DNA from: an uncultured Gammaproteobacteria bacterium
Lineage (GTDB): Bacteria > Patescibacteriota > Patescibacteriia > UBA9934
DNA: 64,000 bases
NCBI GenBank assembly: GCA_964552565.1
Contig: CAZKGL010000001.1
Coordinates: 499,061 to 563,060 of the forward strand
Reading direction: 5' to 3'
A program made the translations under genes and the position numbers. The notes under the pieces are model-generated. The model saw nothing but the letters and a program-made list of their open reading frames with translations. It was not told where the DNA came from and searched no databases. Below are positions 1-9,995 of the stretch, piece after piece (the first letter of the stretch is position 1; the number at the start of each line of letters is the position of its first letter).

Positions 1-1
1 G

Positions 2-613
2 ATCATCGGCACAATTAAGAAGCTGAACAAGCGCGACGACATCCACGGCATCCTTGTGCAGCTGCCGCTTCCGACGCAGAACGTCGACAAGGTCATCGCG
101 GCAATCGATTATAAAAAAGACGTTGACGGGTTCCACCCGGAAAATAGGAAGCTGCTCCTCGCAAACACCCCGAACCTCGTGCCGCCGGTCTCGCTCGCGG
201 TCATGCGCATGCTCCAGGCGAGCCGTTTGCCGCTCAACGGGAAGTCGGCGGTCATCCTCGGCAACAGCGCAATCTTCGCCGAGCCGATCATCGAGCTCAT
301 GAAAGAGGCGGGCGTCGAGGCGACGTTCCTGCCGCGCACCGCAACCGCGCTTGCCGCAAAAACGCGCGCCGCGGACATTCTCGTTGTCGCGGTCGGCGCA
401 CCGAACGCGCTGACGAAGGACATGGTGAAGGAAGGCGCGATCGTCATCGATGTCGGCACCAATAAAGTCGACGGCAAAGTCGTCGGCGATGCATCGCCGG
501 AACTCGTCGGCCACGCGGGCTTCATGAGCAAAGTCCCGGGCGGCGTCGGCCCGCTTACGGTCGCCTATCTCCTCTTTAACGTCATCAAAGCGATGGAAGT
601 GCAAGGGCGTTAG
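2..613 (+). CDS. folD: methylenetetrahydrofolate dehydrogenase/cyclohydrolase FolD, 5'-truncated by window edge
   Basis: frame open from nt 2 (..GILVQLPLP..); NAD(P)-binding GKSAVILGNSAIFAEP and C-terminal GGVGPLTVAYL typical of FolD. Confidence 0.85.
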   Translation: MIGTIKKLNKRDDIHGILVQLPLPTQNVDKVIAAIDYKKDVDGFHPENRKLLLANTPNLVPPVSLAVMRMLQASRLPLNGKSAVILGNSAIFAEPIIELMKEAGVEATFLPRTATALAAKTRAADILVVAVGAPNALTKDMVKEGAIVIDVGTNKVDGKVVGDASPELVGHAGFMSKVPGGVGPLTVAYLLFNVIKAMEVQGR

Positions 614-1746
614 CCGAAAAGCGCGAGGACGATGTTTGCAATGAAGACGAGCCCCGCGGACAACACGGCCCATCGCGGGACGAAGAGGGAGCGTTTCGCG
701 GTCTGCGGCTTTCGACGCAGTGTTTCGTAGGTCGCAATCAGGACGAGACCGGTGATGCCGATGAACACGCCGCCGGTGAAATCGATGACACCGATGAAAT
801 CGTCCGCGCCAACCATGACAAGGACCGGGGGGACGAACAGCGTCAGCGCCCAGGCCACCAGGTAGCGGAGACGGTAGTCGAACGCGTAGGTATTCGTCAT
901 GACCAGCGCGTGCGTCACGAACGCCGTCATGACCGTGCACATGCCGATCGCCGCGGCGATAAGCACGAATGCCGGGCCGAGCACGTCGGCGAGGCCGTGG
1001 ATCGTTTCCACCGAAGTCGCCTTCCCCGTCACGCCGACGACCGCAGTCACAAACACGAGGTAGAGGAGGCCGATAATGGCCATGCCGGCAAGGACGCTGC
1101 GCCGCAAGAGGTGCTTATGCCTGCCGAGCGCGTCGCGCATCTCGGGGACCGAGCCGAAGCCGGTGAACGCGAAAAGCGCAACGCCAAAGGGAAGGAAGAA
1201 CTTTTCCGGGTCGCCGGCGAGGGCGTAGTGGTCGATATCGATGTGCGGCGCGGCGAGGACGGCCAAGAGCGCCATGAGGCCGACGTAGGCGACAATGAGA
1301 TACTTCTGCAGCCGCGCGACGGTCGTCATGCCGCCGAACACGACAAGCGCGCCGAGGAAAAAGAACAGCGTGCGGTAGAACGCGACCGTCCCGCCGAGGA
1401 CCGGTGAGAACACTTGGTACGCGAAGCTGCCGCCGACGATGAGATACGCCGTCATGGCGCCGTACAGGCCGCCAAACAGGCCGACGGCCGCAAAGAACGC
1501 CCCGACGGGCCCCGCGTGCTCGCGAATAAGGCCGACGAAACGCGCGTGCCCTTTGGTGAGCACTGCCATGTCGGCGTACATGAGCACGGTAACCGCGCAG
1601 ACGACCGCGGAAAGCGCAAATGCCACCATGCCGACCCCAAACCCCGCCTGCGCGAAGACAAACGGCAAACCAAACATGCCTACGCCGACCACTTGCCCGA
1701 TCATCGGCCGCAGGCTCGCCCAAAACGCTTTTTTCGCATCCTCCAT
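610..1746 (-). CDS. APC-superfamily amino-acid transporter-like polytopic membrane protein
   Basis: 379 aa from internal Met MEDAKKAFWAS; ~11-12 hydrophobic helices; resembles Trp/Tyr-permease-type carriers; start uncertain. Confidence 0.55.
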   Translation of the reverse strand: MEDAKKAFWASLRPMIGQVVGVGMFGLPFVFAQAGFGVGMVAFALSAVVCAVTVLMYADMAVLTKGHARFVGLIREHAGPVGAFFAAVGLFGGLYGAMTAYLIVGGSFAYQVFSPVLGGTVAFYRTLFFFLGALVVFGGMTTVARLQKYLIVAYVGLMALLAVLAAPHIDIDHYALAGDPEKFFLPFGVALFAFTGFGSVPEMRDALGRHKHLLRRSVLAGMAIIGLLYLVFVTAVVGVTGKATSVETIHGLADVLGPAFVLIAAAIGMCTVMTAFVTHALVMTNTYAFDYRLRYLVAWALTLFVPPVLVMVGADDFIGVIDFTGGVFIGITGLVLIATYETLRRKPQTAKRSLFVPRWAVLSAGLVFIANIVLALFG

Positions 1747-1805
1747 ACCGCACCGATTATACCACGACGCTTTCCCCAGTCCGTCCACTTCCAGGCGCCA
1801 CCCCC

Positions 1806-3335
1806 ATGCGCTACGATGGCGGCGATATGTCGAGTGGAATGACGCGGGTCCCCCCGCACAATCTTGAAGCTGAGGAGTCGCTGCTCGGCGCAGTGCTTAT
1901 TGACCAGGAGACGCTGTTGAAAATCGGCGACCTGGTGAAGCCGGAGGATTTTTACAAGGACTCGCACCGCATCATCTTTGAAACGATGCTCGAACTTGCC
2001 GAACGCCACGACCCCATCGACATCCTGACCGTCGGCAACCGCTTGGAAGAAAAAAGCATCCTGAAGCAGGTCGGCGGGCGCACCGCGCTCGTCGAGCTGA
2101 CGAACACCGTGACGACGGCGGCGCACGTCGCGCACTACGCGGAGATCATCACGAAGAAAGCGCTCCTGCGGCGGCTGCTGCGCGCCGCGAGCGACATTAC
2201 CGAACTCGGCTACGACGAGACGCAGGACGCCGACCTCCTCATCGACGAGGCAGAGCAGAAGCTCTTTAACGTGTCGAGCAACGTCCATAAGACGAGTTTT
2301 GTCCCGCTGCGCTCGGTGCTGACGCAGGCGTTTGACCGGATCGACGAGCTGCACCGCGAGAAAGGCAAGCTGCGCGGCGTGCCGACCGGGTTCACCGGCC
2401 TCGACAACCTGCTGGCAGGCCTCCAGAAATCCGACCTCGTCATCCTCGCCGCCCGCCCGTCGGTCGGTAAAACGTCGTTCGCGCTCGACATCATGCGCTC
2501 GGTCGCGCTCCGCACCAAACAGCCGGTCGGGTTCTTCTCGCTCGAAATGAGCAAGGAACAGCTCGTCGACCGCCTCATTTGCGCCGAGGCCGGCGTCGAC
2601 CTCTGGAAGCTGCGCAACGGCCGCCTGTCCGACCACTCGGACGATTTTCCCCGCATCGGGGATGCGCTCGGCAAGCTCTCGGAGGCGCCGATTTACATTG
2701 ACGACTCGCCAATGGCGAACATTATGACCGTGCGCACGAAAGCGCGCCGCCTCCAGTCCGAACACGGCCTCTCGCTCATCGTCGTCGACTACTTGCAGCT
2801 CATGGAAGCGCGCAAGCAGACGGACAACCGCGTGCAAGAAGTCGCGGAGATTTCGCGCGGCTTGAAGCAGATCGCCCGCGAGCTCCAGGTGCCGGTCCTC
2901 GCCCTCGCGCAGCTCTCGCGTGCGGTAGAAAATGAAAAGCCGGCGATCCCGAAGCTTGCCCACCTCCGCGATTCGGGAAGCATCGAGCAGGACGCCGACG
3001 TCGTCATGTTCCTCTACCGCAAGGCCGCGGACCGCAACTACCAGCCCGACGAACTGACGCCCGAAGAAAAGAACGCGGCCGAAGTCCACGTCGCCAAGCA
3101 CCGCAACGGCCCGACGGGGATGGTAAAACTGTTCTGGGATGCGGCGCGCACGTCGTTCAAGAACCTCGACAAGGCGTATGGCGAGATGCCGGTGCCCATC
3201 GCCGCTGGCGGCGCCAAGCCTCCCGCGGATGCCACTGCCACCCTCCCCAGCCACCCTGCCACTCCGCCGGCAAACCCGAATGTCGGCCTGCCACCCGGCA
3301 TGCCGCCGAGGGGGTTTACACCGCCGCCACGGTAA
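1806..3335 (+). CDS. dnaB: replicative DNA helicase DnaB with Pro-rich C-terminal tail
   Basis: N-terminal LEAEESLLGAVL motif, Walker A ARPSVGKTSFAL, Walker B LIVVDYLQLM, RecA-like core; alternative starts 1827/1839. Confidence 0.9.
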   Translation: MRYDGGDMSSGMTRVPPHNLEAEESLLGAVLIDQETLLKIGDLVKPEDFYKDSHRIIFETMLELAERHDPIDILTVGNRLEEKSILKQVGGRTALVELTNTVTTAAHVAHYAEIITKKALLRRLLRAASDITELGYDETQDADLLIDEAEQKLFNVSSNVHKTSFVPLRSVLTQAFDRIDELHREKGKLRGVPTGFTGLDNLLAGLQKSDLVILAARPSVGKTSFALDIMRSVALRTKQPVGFFSLEMSKEQLVDRLICAEAGVDLWKLRNGRLSDHSDDFPRIGDALGKLSEAPIYIDDSPMANIMTVRTKARRLQSEHGLSLIVVDYLQLMEARKQTDNRVQEVAEISRGLKQIARELQVPVLALAQLSRAVENEKPAIPKLAHLRDSGSIEQDADVVMFLYRKAADRNYQPDELTPEEKNAAEVHVAKHRNGPTGMVKLFWDAARTSFKNLDKAYGEMPVPIAAGGAKPPADATATLPSHPATPPANPNVGLPPGMPPRGFTPPPR

Positions 3336-3413
3336 ATCCACACGCCGGATCCTGCTCGGCGTCACCCGGCGTTAGGTGACAAGCGCGCTTTTATTGGGTA
3401 ATATTGTCGCACT

Positions 3414-3719
3414 ATGTTCAACAAACTGAAGGAACTCAAAGACTTGCGCGACCAAGGAAAAAAGATGAAGGAAATGCTCGACGAGATCGTCGTCGTCGGC
3501 CAGGGCAGCCGCGGACAGGTCATGGTGACCTTGAACGGCAGCCACGACGTGCTTGGCGTGCAGATCGACGACGCCGTGGAGCGCGCGGCGATCGCCGTCG
3601 GCGTCAAGGAGGCGTTCGCGGACGCGAATAAGAAGCTGCAAACGGAACTCATGAAAAAGATGAAGGACATGGGCGGCCTGGGCGGCATCGGCGACATGAT
3701 GAAGAATATCGGCGGGTAA
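3414..3719 (+). CDS. ybaB: nucleoid-associated protein YbaB/EbfC
   Basis: ~100 aa, MFNKLKEL...GQGSRGQVMVTLNGSHDVLGVQID signature; conserved dnaX/ybaB/recR neighbourhood. Confidence 0.85.
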   Translation: MFNKLKELKDLRDQGKKMKEMLDEIVVVGQGSRGQVMVTLNGSHDVLGVQIDDAVERAAIAVGVKEAFADANKKLQTELMKKMKDMGGLGGIGDMMKNIGG

Positions 3720-3722
3720 GCC

Positions 3723-4322
3723 ATGCGCAAGTTCCCTACCCCAATCCATAATGCGATCGCTGCGCTGTCGCGGCTGCCCGGGGTCGGGCCGAAAACGGCG
3801 CTCCGGTATGCGTTCGCGCTTTTGCGGCTGCCGAAGCACGAACTCGAGGCGATCGCCGCGCACATCGCCGGGCTGCAGCACGTCGAGACCTGCGGCACAT
3901 GCTTTGCGTTTTCCGAACGGCGGACCTGCGAGATCTGCGGCGATCCGGCCCGCGACGCGCACCTGCTGTGCGTCGTCGCCGAGTCGCGCGACATCGCAAC
4001 CATCGAGGCGACGCATGCGTTTCGCGGGCGCTACTTCGTCCTCGGCGGCGCGTTGAACCCCATCGACGGCCACACGCCCGAGACGCTGCGCGTCGCGGAG
4101 CTCGTCGGCCGCCTCACCCTGCATCCGGAAATCAGTGAAATCATCCTCGCCTTCTCGCCCGACGTGCACGGGGAAACCACCATCCTCTACCTCGGCAAAC
4201 AGCTTGGCGCGCTCGGGCGAAAAACCACGCGTCTCGCCCGCGGGCTCCCTATCGGCGCGGATATCGAATACGCCGACGAGGTCACGCTCGCATCCGCATT
4301 GACGGGCCGTTCGGAAACATAA
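3723..4322 (+). CDS. recR: recombination protein RecR
   Basis: HhH N-terminus, C4 zinc finger CGTCFAFSERRTCEICGD, Toprim domain; 4-nt spacing after ybaB. Confidence 0.9.
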   Translation: MRKFPTPIHNAIAALSRLPGVGPKTALRYAFALLRLPKHELEAIAAHIAGLQHVETCGTCFAFSERRTCEICGDPARDAHLLCVVAESRDIATIEATHAFRGRYFVLGGALNPIDGHTPETLRVAELVGRLTLHPEISEIILAFSPDVHGETTILYLGKQLGALGRKTTRLARGLPIGADIEYADEVTLASALTGRSET

Positions 4323-4434
4323 CGCGGCACCACACCTGGACAGGGAGGTCTTTTTTTGTTACCGTCCACCCTCCTCTGTGGAGACGTATCCCCACATACC
4401 CATGCGGTGACACGCCTTCACGGAGGAACTCAGC

Positions 4435-5043
4435 ATGCCCATTTCGAGTGCAGCCATCCGCTTCGGTCTCATCGGCTTCTTGCGCGACCATGGCGTCATG
4501 CTCGACCAGGCCGCCCCGATCGCCCGCGTCCTCATGGCCATCAACGCGCGCGTCATCGCCAACCGGGTTCCGATGCTGCCTCGCAGCTTCCAGCACGCCG
4601 GGGAGATGATGGCGGCCATCAACGCCGCGCTGCCCCACCCGACGTGCCGGGAGGTGGACTACGTCAGCCCGCACGACGTCGCGTTCTCCGGCGTCCTCGC
4701 CCGGTGCCCGACGTTCGTGTGGGACGACATCCTCGAGCGGCGCTTCGCGACGCGCAGCCGCTTCTCGCGGTTCTCCCAGGCCGTCCCGTGCCTCGAGCGC
4801 GACATCGGCATCGCCATCCGCGCGGTGATGTCGGTGACGCTCACCCCGCCGCGCGTCGACCGCCTGTGGTTCGACTACGAGAGCGTGCTCCTGCACGCCA
4901 CCGCGCTCCTCGCGGTCCGCGACGACAGGGCGCCGGAGGACCGCGCGGCGCTCATGCCGCTCCTCGCGGTGCTGGCGCTGGCGCTCCCCATCGGGCCCGA
5001 CCCGGATGGCTCGGGGCGCTGGTACTGCGTCGTCGAGGAATAG
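4435..5043 (+). CDS. hypothetical protein
   Basis: 202-aa ORF in coding-like frame, no recognisable motif. Confidence 0.4.
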   Translation: MPISSAAIRFGLIGFLRDHGVMLDQAAPIARVLMAINARVIANRVPMLPRSFQHAGEMMAAINAALPHPTCREVDYVSPHDVAFSGVLARCPTFVWDDILERRFATRSRFSRFSQAVPCLERDIGIAIRAVMSVTLTPPRVDRLWFDYESVLLHATALLAVRDDRAPEDRAALMPLLAVLALALPIGPDPDGSGRWYCVVEE

Positions 5044-5085
5044 CCTCAGCCCCTTGACGGAGCCTCTGCTCCGTCGGGGGCTTCG

Positions 5086-5610
5086 TCATTGTAATGTGGA
5101 AAGAAAGACGCGCACCTGCTCAACCGCCGACGCCTTGCCTCCGGGCAAAAATGAGTTCACGACGACGAGATCCGGCCCAAGGTTGATGCGGTCGCGCGCC
5201 TCGTCCTCCTTGCGCCGCACCGGATCGGGATTCGGTTCGTAATGTTCGGGAATGATCTTGATGACGATGGGCGTGAAACCGTTCCGCCGCAAGTTGAGCA
5301 CGCCCTGCTCCACGAACGCCCCAACGCAAAAGCGGTGCGACGCCATTGCCGCATGGATGTCGGCACGCTGCGTGCCGTAATAGTTCGTCGCGTGCTCCAC
5401 GTGATGCGCGAATGCGTCCGCGGCGATGCGCCGCTCGAACTCCTCGCGGGAAATAAACTCATAATACACGGCGTCCTCATCGTCCCGCTGCGGGCGTGTG
5501 GTGACGGAACGAATGATCGTCACGTCGCCCGGCATCCGCGCGAGAAGCTCATCCATGATCGTCGTTTTTCCCGATTTACTCGGGCCGACAAAGGCGATCG
5601 CGTATCCCAT
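5086..5610 (-). CDS. gmk: guanylate kinase
   Basis: P-loop GPSKSGKTT and SVTTRPQRDDEDAVYYEFISREEF matching the Gmk TTRxxRxGExDGxxYxFVSxEEF motif; start at internal Met MGYAIAF. Confidence 0.65.
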   Translation of the reverse strand: MGYAIAFVGPSKSGKTTIMDELLARMPGDVTIIRSVTTRPQRDDEDAVYYEFISREEFERRIAADAFAHHVEHATNYYGTQRADIHAAMASHRFCVGAFVEQGVLNLRRNGFTPIVIKIIPEHYEPNPDPVRRKEDEARDRINLGPDLVVVNSFLPGGKASAVEQVRVFLSTLQ

Positions 5611-5645
5611 AGACGACCGCATTCTACCACAGCTATACTAGCCCC

Positions 5646-6836
5646 ATGCACCATCTTGTCCGCAACCTGTTGTTTGCCGTTTTTGTGGCCGCATTTGTGG
5701 TCGGCGCGCCGGTCGTCGTCCTCTATACCGCCGGCTACCGCTATAACCCCGTGAACGGGCTCGTCGTCCGTACGGGCGTGCTTTCGGTCGAGAGCGACCC
5801 CCGCGGCGCAGCCATCGCGCTCTCCGGCGAAACGACCGGCGAGAAGACGCCCTATATCTTCAACCGCGTCATGCCGGGCGACTACACCGTCGCGCTCAGC
5901 CGCGAAGGCTACCATACGTGGGAGCGGGAGGTGGCCGTTGCGAGCGGCGGAACGACGTACCTGAGCGACGTCGTCATGTTCCTCGACGAAGCGCCGGCGC
6001 TTGCCGCCGCGCTGCCGGAGGCGAGCCTTGCCGTGCCATCGGCCGACGGGAGGACGATCGCGCTCGTCGACCGCACCGAGCGCTCGGCGCGCATCTGGCT
6101 GTTTGACCCGGACGGGTCGTCGCAGCTCGACATGATTACCGAGTATCCCGCGAGGGCGAGCGACATGGTGTCGCTGACATGGAACGTCGACGCGACGCGG
6201 CTCACGCTGCACAACACGACGCAAGGGACGGCCGCGACCTTCACGACCGACGGCATCCTGCTCGCGGACGACGTACAGACGGATGCCGCCGCGCCGGTGG
6301 CGCTCGTCGCGAACGCCCAGGCGGTCGAGGTCTACGACGTGCGCGAGGGACGCACGCTCGTCGCGCTCCTGCCGCTCACGGAGTACCGCATTGCGGAAGC
6401 CGAAGACGGGACAGCGGTCATTGTCGGCGCAAACCACGCCATCTACGTCATCGACCTCGACGACGCCGACAACCCGATCGTCGTCAGCGCAAACGGCACC
6501 GCGTACGACTTCGACGCCGCCGCGCGACGCTTCGTGTGGACGGACGGCATTGAGTTGAATGCCGCGGACCTCGACACCGGCGAGCGGACGTTCATCACGC
6601 GCCAAAGCAACGCCATCATCGCGGTGGCGTGGTACCCCGAAAGCAATACCGTGCTCGTCGCGACGAACGACGACCTGCGCGCGTTCTCCCTGAACGACGG
6701 CGGAACGACGATTACCTCTTTGCTCGGCGACGCAACGATGTTCTCGTTCTCCCTTACCGAACACGCCGAATCCGCCTCCTTCTACGGCGAGTACGACGGC
6801 GTCCGCGGCGTGTTCATCCTCCCTCTCACCAAATAA
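5646..6836 (+). CDS. membrane-anchored PEGA-domain / beta-propeller-like protein
   Basis: N-terminal TM helix, PEGA-like segment (GETTGEKTPYIFNRVMPGDYTVALSREGYHTWEREVAV) followed by repetitive beta-rich region. Confidence 0.55.
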   Translation: MHHLVRNLLFAVFVAAFVVGAPVVVLYTAGYRYNPVNGLVVRTGVLSVESDPRGAAIALSGETTGEKTPYIFNRVMPGDYTVALSREGYHTWEREVAVASGGTTYLSDVVMFLDEAPALAAALPEASLAVPSADGRTIALVDRTERSARIWLFDPDGSSQLDMITEYPARASDMVSLTWNVDATRLTLHNTTQGTAATFTTDGILLADDVQTDAAAPVALVANAQAVEVYDVREGRTLVALLPLTEYRIAEAEDGTAVIVGANHAIYVIDLDDADNPIVVSANGTAYDFDAAARRFVWTDGIELNAADLDTGERTFITRQSNAIIAVAWYPESNTVLVATNDDLRAFSLNDGGTTITSLLGDATMFSFSLTEHAESASFYGEYDGVRGVFILPLTK

Positions 6837-6875
6837 GCTCGCGACGGCGGGGCGCGGTGGCCCCGCCTATTGTCG

Positions 6876-7022
6876 GCCGGGTGACGCCGAAGGGACGAGC
6901 GGTGCGTCGTTGGGCGGAGACGTTTGCGCCCAGCCGCAGGCGACGCGTCGCCGCTACGGCGTAGCGCAACTGCGGAGCACAACGACGTACCCGAGTCCCG
7001 ACCGAAGCGGCAGGACCCGGCC
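6876..7022. repeat. family-A intergenic repeat, long copy (CCGGGTGACGCCGA...GGCGGCAGGACCCGGCC)
   Basis: shares 5' and 3' ~17-nt termini (imperfect inverted repeats) with copies at 15156-15246 and 41335-41428; lies between convergent genes. Confidence 0.6.
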
Positions 7023-7029
7023 GTGTGGG

Positions 7030-7548
7030 TTAGTACAAAAACTGGAACGTCGCGAGCATGATACCGATCTCCTCGTCGGCGGCATCGTCGGTCACAATTG
7101 CAAACACGCGATCGTTGTACGACACGTAATACTCTTCGCGGCCGCTCAGGTGCGCGTATTTTATTGTCGGATACGCGGCAAACAAAAACTCGCTTTTCGT
7201 CACGCTGCCATCGCCGTCGAAGGTGGCGTCAATCGTCCCCAGCGCACGCGACTCTTCGCGCACGGTCAACTGCGTCTCTCCGTCGTCATCCACGATGGCA
7301 ACGCCGTCGTCGAGCGCCGCGACCGACCACGCGGCCGGATAGCCCATGCTCCACACGTCCGCGCCGTATGTCACCCACCCTTCATCAGGGAGTAACGCCG
7401 AGCGGAAGACGCGGTCGGACGCGGTTTCGCTCCTGGCGCGGGCGCCCTGGTCGCGACGGAGCACGACGAGCAGTACCGTAACGAACACGACGGCAACCAC
7501 AAGCGTCCCGATGGTCAGCCAGGACGGCAATTGGCGCAGATGGCGCAT
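7030..7548 (-). CDS. hypothetical membrane-anchored protein
   Basis: single N-terminal TM (LVVAVVFVTVLLVVL) then soluble domain. Confidence 0.4.
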   Translation of the reverse strand: MRHLRQLPSWLTIGTLVVAVVFVTVLLVVLRRDQGARARSETASDRVFRSALLPDEGWVTYGADVWSMGYPAAWSVAALDDGVAIVDDDGETQLTVREESRALGTIDATFDGDGSVTKSEFLFAAYPTIKYAHLSGREEYYVSYNDRVFAIVTDDAADEEIGIMLATFQFLY

Positions 7549-7557
7549 AGCAAAACG

Positions 7558-8418
7558 TTAGAGCCCGGACGCGATGGAGTCGGCGAGCGCGTCGCTGCGG
7601 CTGCGGAGTTTCGGAAGCTTGGTATTGACGAGCGCCGCGAACTTCGGCGCCTTGGCCGGACGCGGGAACGCGCTCGAGGGGACGGGGACGCGCGGCGTCG
7701 TGGTGCCGGTCAGCGCGAACACCTCTTCGGCGTATTCGAACATGGTGACCGGTTTCCCCTCGTTCACCACATGATACACGCCCGGTGCGACATCGTGCTC
7801 CACCATCCACAAGGTCGTTTCGGCGACGTCCTTCGTATAGGTCGGCATGCCGACTTCTTCATGCACGATGCGCAATTCCGGCTGCTCCTTTGCCAGGCGC
7901 ATCATGAGGGAGACAAAGCTTGGCTTTGACACGTCCGACATGCCGGCCGGGCCGAAAATTTTTGAGAGCCGGCAAATGAAATACGTCGCCCCGCTTTCGC
8001 GGACGAACCGCTCGCCGGCGGCCTTCGTTTCCCCGTACTTCGAGCACGGCGCTCCGGTCGGGTCGTCCTCCGTGTAGCCCTCCGGCTTGTCGCCGGCGAG
8101 GACGTAGTCGGTACTGTAGTGGACGAACAGGATGCCCGCCTTCGCCGCGGCCTCGGCGAGGTGCTTTGGGCCGAGGGCGTTCACGGCGTATGCGAGCGGA
8201 TACACTGCCGGATCCTCCACCTTGTCGACGAAGTTGTATGCGGCCGCGTTGATGATGCAATCCGGCTTCGTTTCGGCGACGAACCGCTGCACCGCGTCGT
8301 TGTCGGTGATGTCGAGCTCGCCGCGCTCCGTCGCGATGACCTCATGTCCTGCACGCGAAAATACGGCCGCAAGCTGCGTACCAAGATTGCCCCGCGCGCC
8401 AGTAAGGAGCACGATCAT
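7558..8418 (-). CDS. rmlD: dTDP-4-dehydrorhamnose reductase
   Basis: MIVLLTGARGNLG Rossmann N-terminus, RmlD-like length and YxxxK; operon with rmlC-rmlB. Confidence 0.85.
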   Translation of the reverse strand: MIVLLTGARGNLGTQLAAVFSRAGHEVIATERGELDITDNDAVQRFVAETKPDCIINAAAYNFVDKVEDPAVYPLAYAVNALGPKHLAEAAAKAGILFVHYSTDYVLAGDKPEGYTEDDPTGAPCSKYGETKAAGERFVRESGATYFICRLSKIFGPAGMSDVSKPSFVSLMMRLAKEQPELRIVHEEVGMPTYTKDVAETTLWMVEHDVAPGVYHVVNEGKPVTMFEYAEEVFALTGTTTPRVPVPSSAFPRPAKAPKFAALVNTKLPKLRSRSDALADSIASGL

Positions 8419-8421
8419 ACG

Positions 8422-8964
8422 CTAAAACGGCAAGTCAAGTTCGGCGAGTTTCGGCGCGGCCTGGTCGCGGGGAGAAAGGGTCGGCTCGCCCGCGAGCGGC
8501 CAGGGGACGTTGAGCTCGGGATCGTTCCAGGCGACGTTGCCGTCTCCCGCCTTGTCGTAGGTGTGCGTGCACTTGTAGAGCACCTCGCACTCCTCAAGCG
8601 CATAAAACCCGTGCGCAAACCCTGCGGGCATCCAAAGCATCTTCTTGTTCTCTGCCGAGAGCTCGATCGCGAAGTGGCGCATATATGTCGGCGACGCTTT
8701 CCGCAGGTCCACGGCGACGTCCCACACTTTGCCGCGGGTGCAGCGCACAAGCTTCCCCATCGGCTTCGGCGGCAATTGGAAATGCAGGCCGCGCAACACG
8801 CCCTTGACGGAGTAGGAATGGTTGTCTTGCGGAAACTCGGACGGAAGCCCGAGCGCGGCAAACTTGTCCGCGTTCCACACCTCGTAAAAAAATCCCCGGT
8901 CGTCGCTGAATACCTGCGGCTCGACCACAAGCAGTCCTTGGATGGGCGTCGGAGTTACGTTCAT
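8422..8964 (-). CDS. rmlC: dTDP-4-dehydrorhamnose 3,5-epimerase
   Basis: internal-Met start MNVTPTPIQGLLVVEPQVFSDDRGFF (cupin RmlC signature); ATGA overlap with rmlB stop. Confidence 0.85.
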   Translation of the reverse strand: MNVTPTPIQGLLVVEPQVFSDDRGFFYEVWNADKFAALGLPSEFPQDNHSYSVKGVLRGLHFQLPPKPMGKLVRCTRGKVWDVAVDLRKASPTYMRHFAIELSAENKKMLWMPAGFAHGFYALEECEVLYKCTHTYDKAGDGNVAWNDPELNVPWPLAGEPTLSPRDQAAPKLAELDLPF

Positions 8965-9971
8965 ACGGTTTGGCCGAATTGGCGCGCGTACCAATCGCGG
9001 TATGCCGCGCTGTTGCGGATGGCGCGCCACCATGACTCGTTCTTGCGGTACCATTCTACCATGTTGCGCAGGCCGTCCTCGAAGGTGAACTGCTGCTGCC
9101 AGCCGAGGTCGCGCATGATTTTCGACGGGTCGATGGCGTACCGGCGGTCCTGGCCCGGACGGTCCTTGATGTACGTGATCATGTTCTCGTTCAGCCCCAT
9201 GACGCGGACGAGCAGCATCGCCGTCTCGAGCATGGAGTATTCCGCATTGCCCCCCATCATGTACGTCTCACCCGTCGCCCCGCGCTCGAGGATGGCCAGC
9301 ACGCCGAGACCGTGGTCGCGGACGTGGATCCAATCGCGCACCTGGTGGCCGTCGCCGTGGATGTGGATCGGCTTGCCGTCGAGGAGGTTCGTAATGGAAA
9401 TGGAAAGATATTTCTCCGGGTACAAGTACGGCCCGTAGTTGTTCGTGCAGTTGGAAATCGTCCCGCGCAGACCGTGGGTGTGCACCGCGGCGCGGACAAG
9501 ATGGTCGCTCGCCGCCTTCGTCGCGCTGTACGGGTTGCGCGGGTCGTACGGCGTGGCTTCGTGGAACTTCGGGTCCGTCGGGCCAAGCGAACCGAATACC
9601 TCGTCAGTCGAGACGTGGTGAAACCGCTTCTGGTACTTCACGCACGCGTCGACGAGACGCTGCGTGCCGAGCACGTTCGTCAAGATGAACGGCTCGTTAT
9701 CCATGATGCTGCGGTCGACATGCGTCTCGGCCGCGAAGTTCACGACCGCGTCGGCGTCGCGCACCAGCGTTTCGACGAGCTCCTTGTCGACGATGGAGCC
9801 GTAAATGAACCTGTAGCGCGGGTGCGTTTGGATGTCGACCGTCGTCGCCAAATTGCCGGCGTACGTCAAGGCGTCGAGGTTCACCACCTCCCAGTCCGGC
9901 CGCTCCGCCAGAATGACTCGGATGAAATGCGACCCGATAAACCCGCAGCCGCCCGTGACCAGCACTTTCAT
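8961..9971 (-). CDS. rmlB: dTDP-glucose 4,6-dehydratase
   Basis: MKVLVTGGCGFIGSHF, YSATKAASD catalytic motif, SDR-extended fold. Confidence 0.9.
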   Translation of the reverse strand: MKVLVTGGCGFIGSHFIRVILAERPDWEVVNLDALTYAGNLATTVDIQTHPRYRFIYGSIVDKELVETLVRDADAVVNFAAETHVDRSIMDNEPFILTNVLGTQRLVDACVKYQKRFHHVSTDEVFGSLGPTDPKFHEATPYDPRNPYSATKAASDHLVRAAVHTHGLRGTISNCTNNYGPYLYPEKYLSISITNLLDGKPIHIHGDGHQVRDWIHVRDHGLGVLAILERGATGETYMMGGNAEYSMLETAMLLVRVMGLNENMITYIKDRPGQDRRYAIDPSKIMRDLGWQQQFTFEDGLRNMVEWYRKNESWWRAIRNSAAYRDWYARQFGQTV

Positions 9972-9995
9972 ACGCAAAAATTGGTACGACCCACC

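Noticed and set aside
1701-3365. 554-aa ORF antisense to dnaB (and similar long antisense ORFs, e.g. 5520-6764, 8119-9438, 11104-12831, 20329-22131, 23699-24856, 27833-29065, 37764-38825, 39773-41011, 41679-43097, 44787-46337, 46163-47641, 48330-49463, 50560-51747, 52829-54184, 56588-58717)
   Set aside because: Arg/Ala/Gly-rich low-complexity translations lying opposite well-supported genes. They are typical high-G+C stop-codon-poor artefacts.
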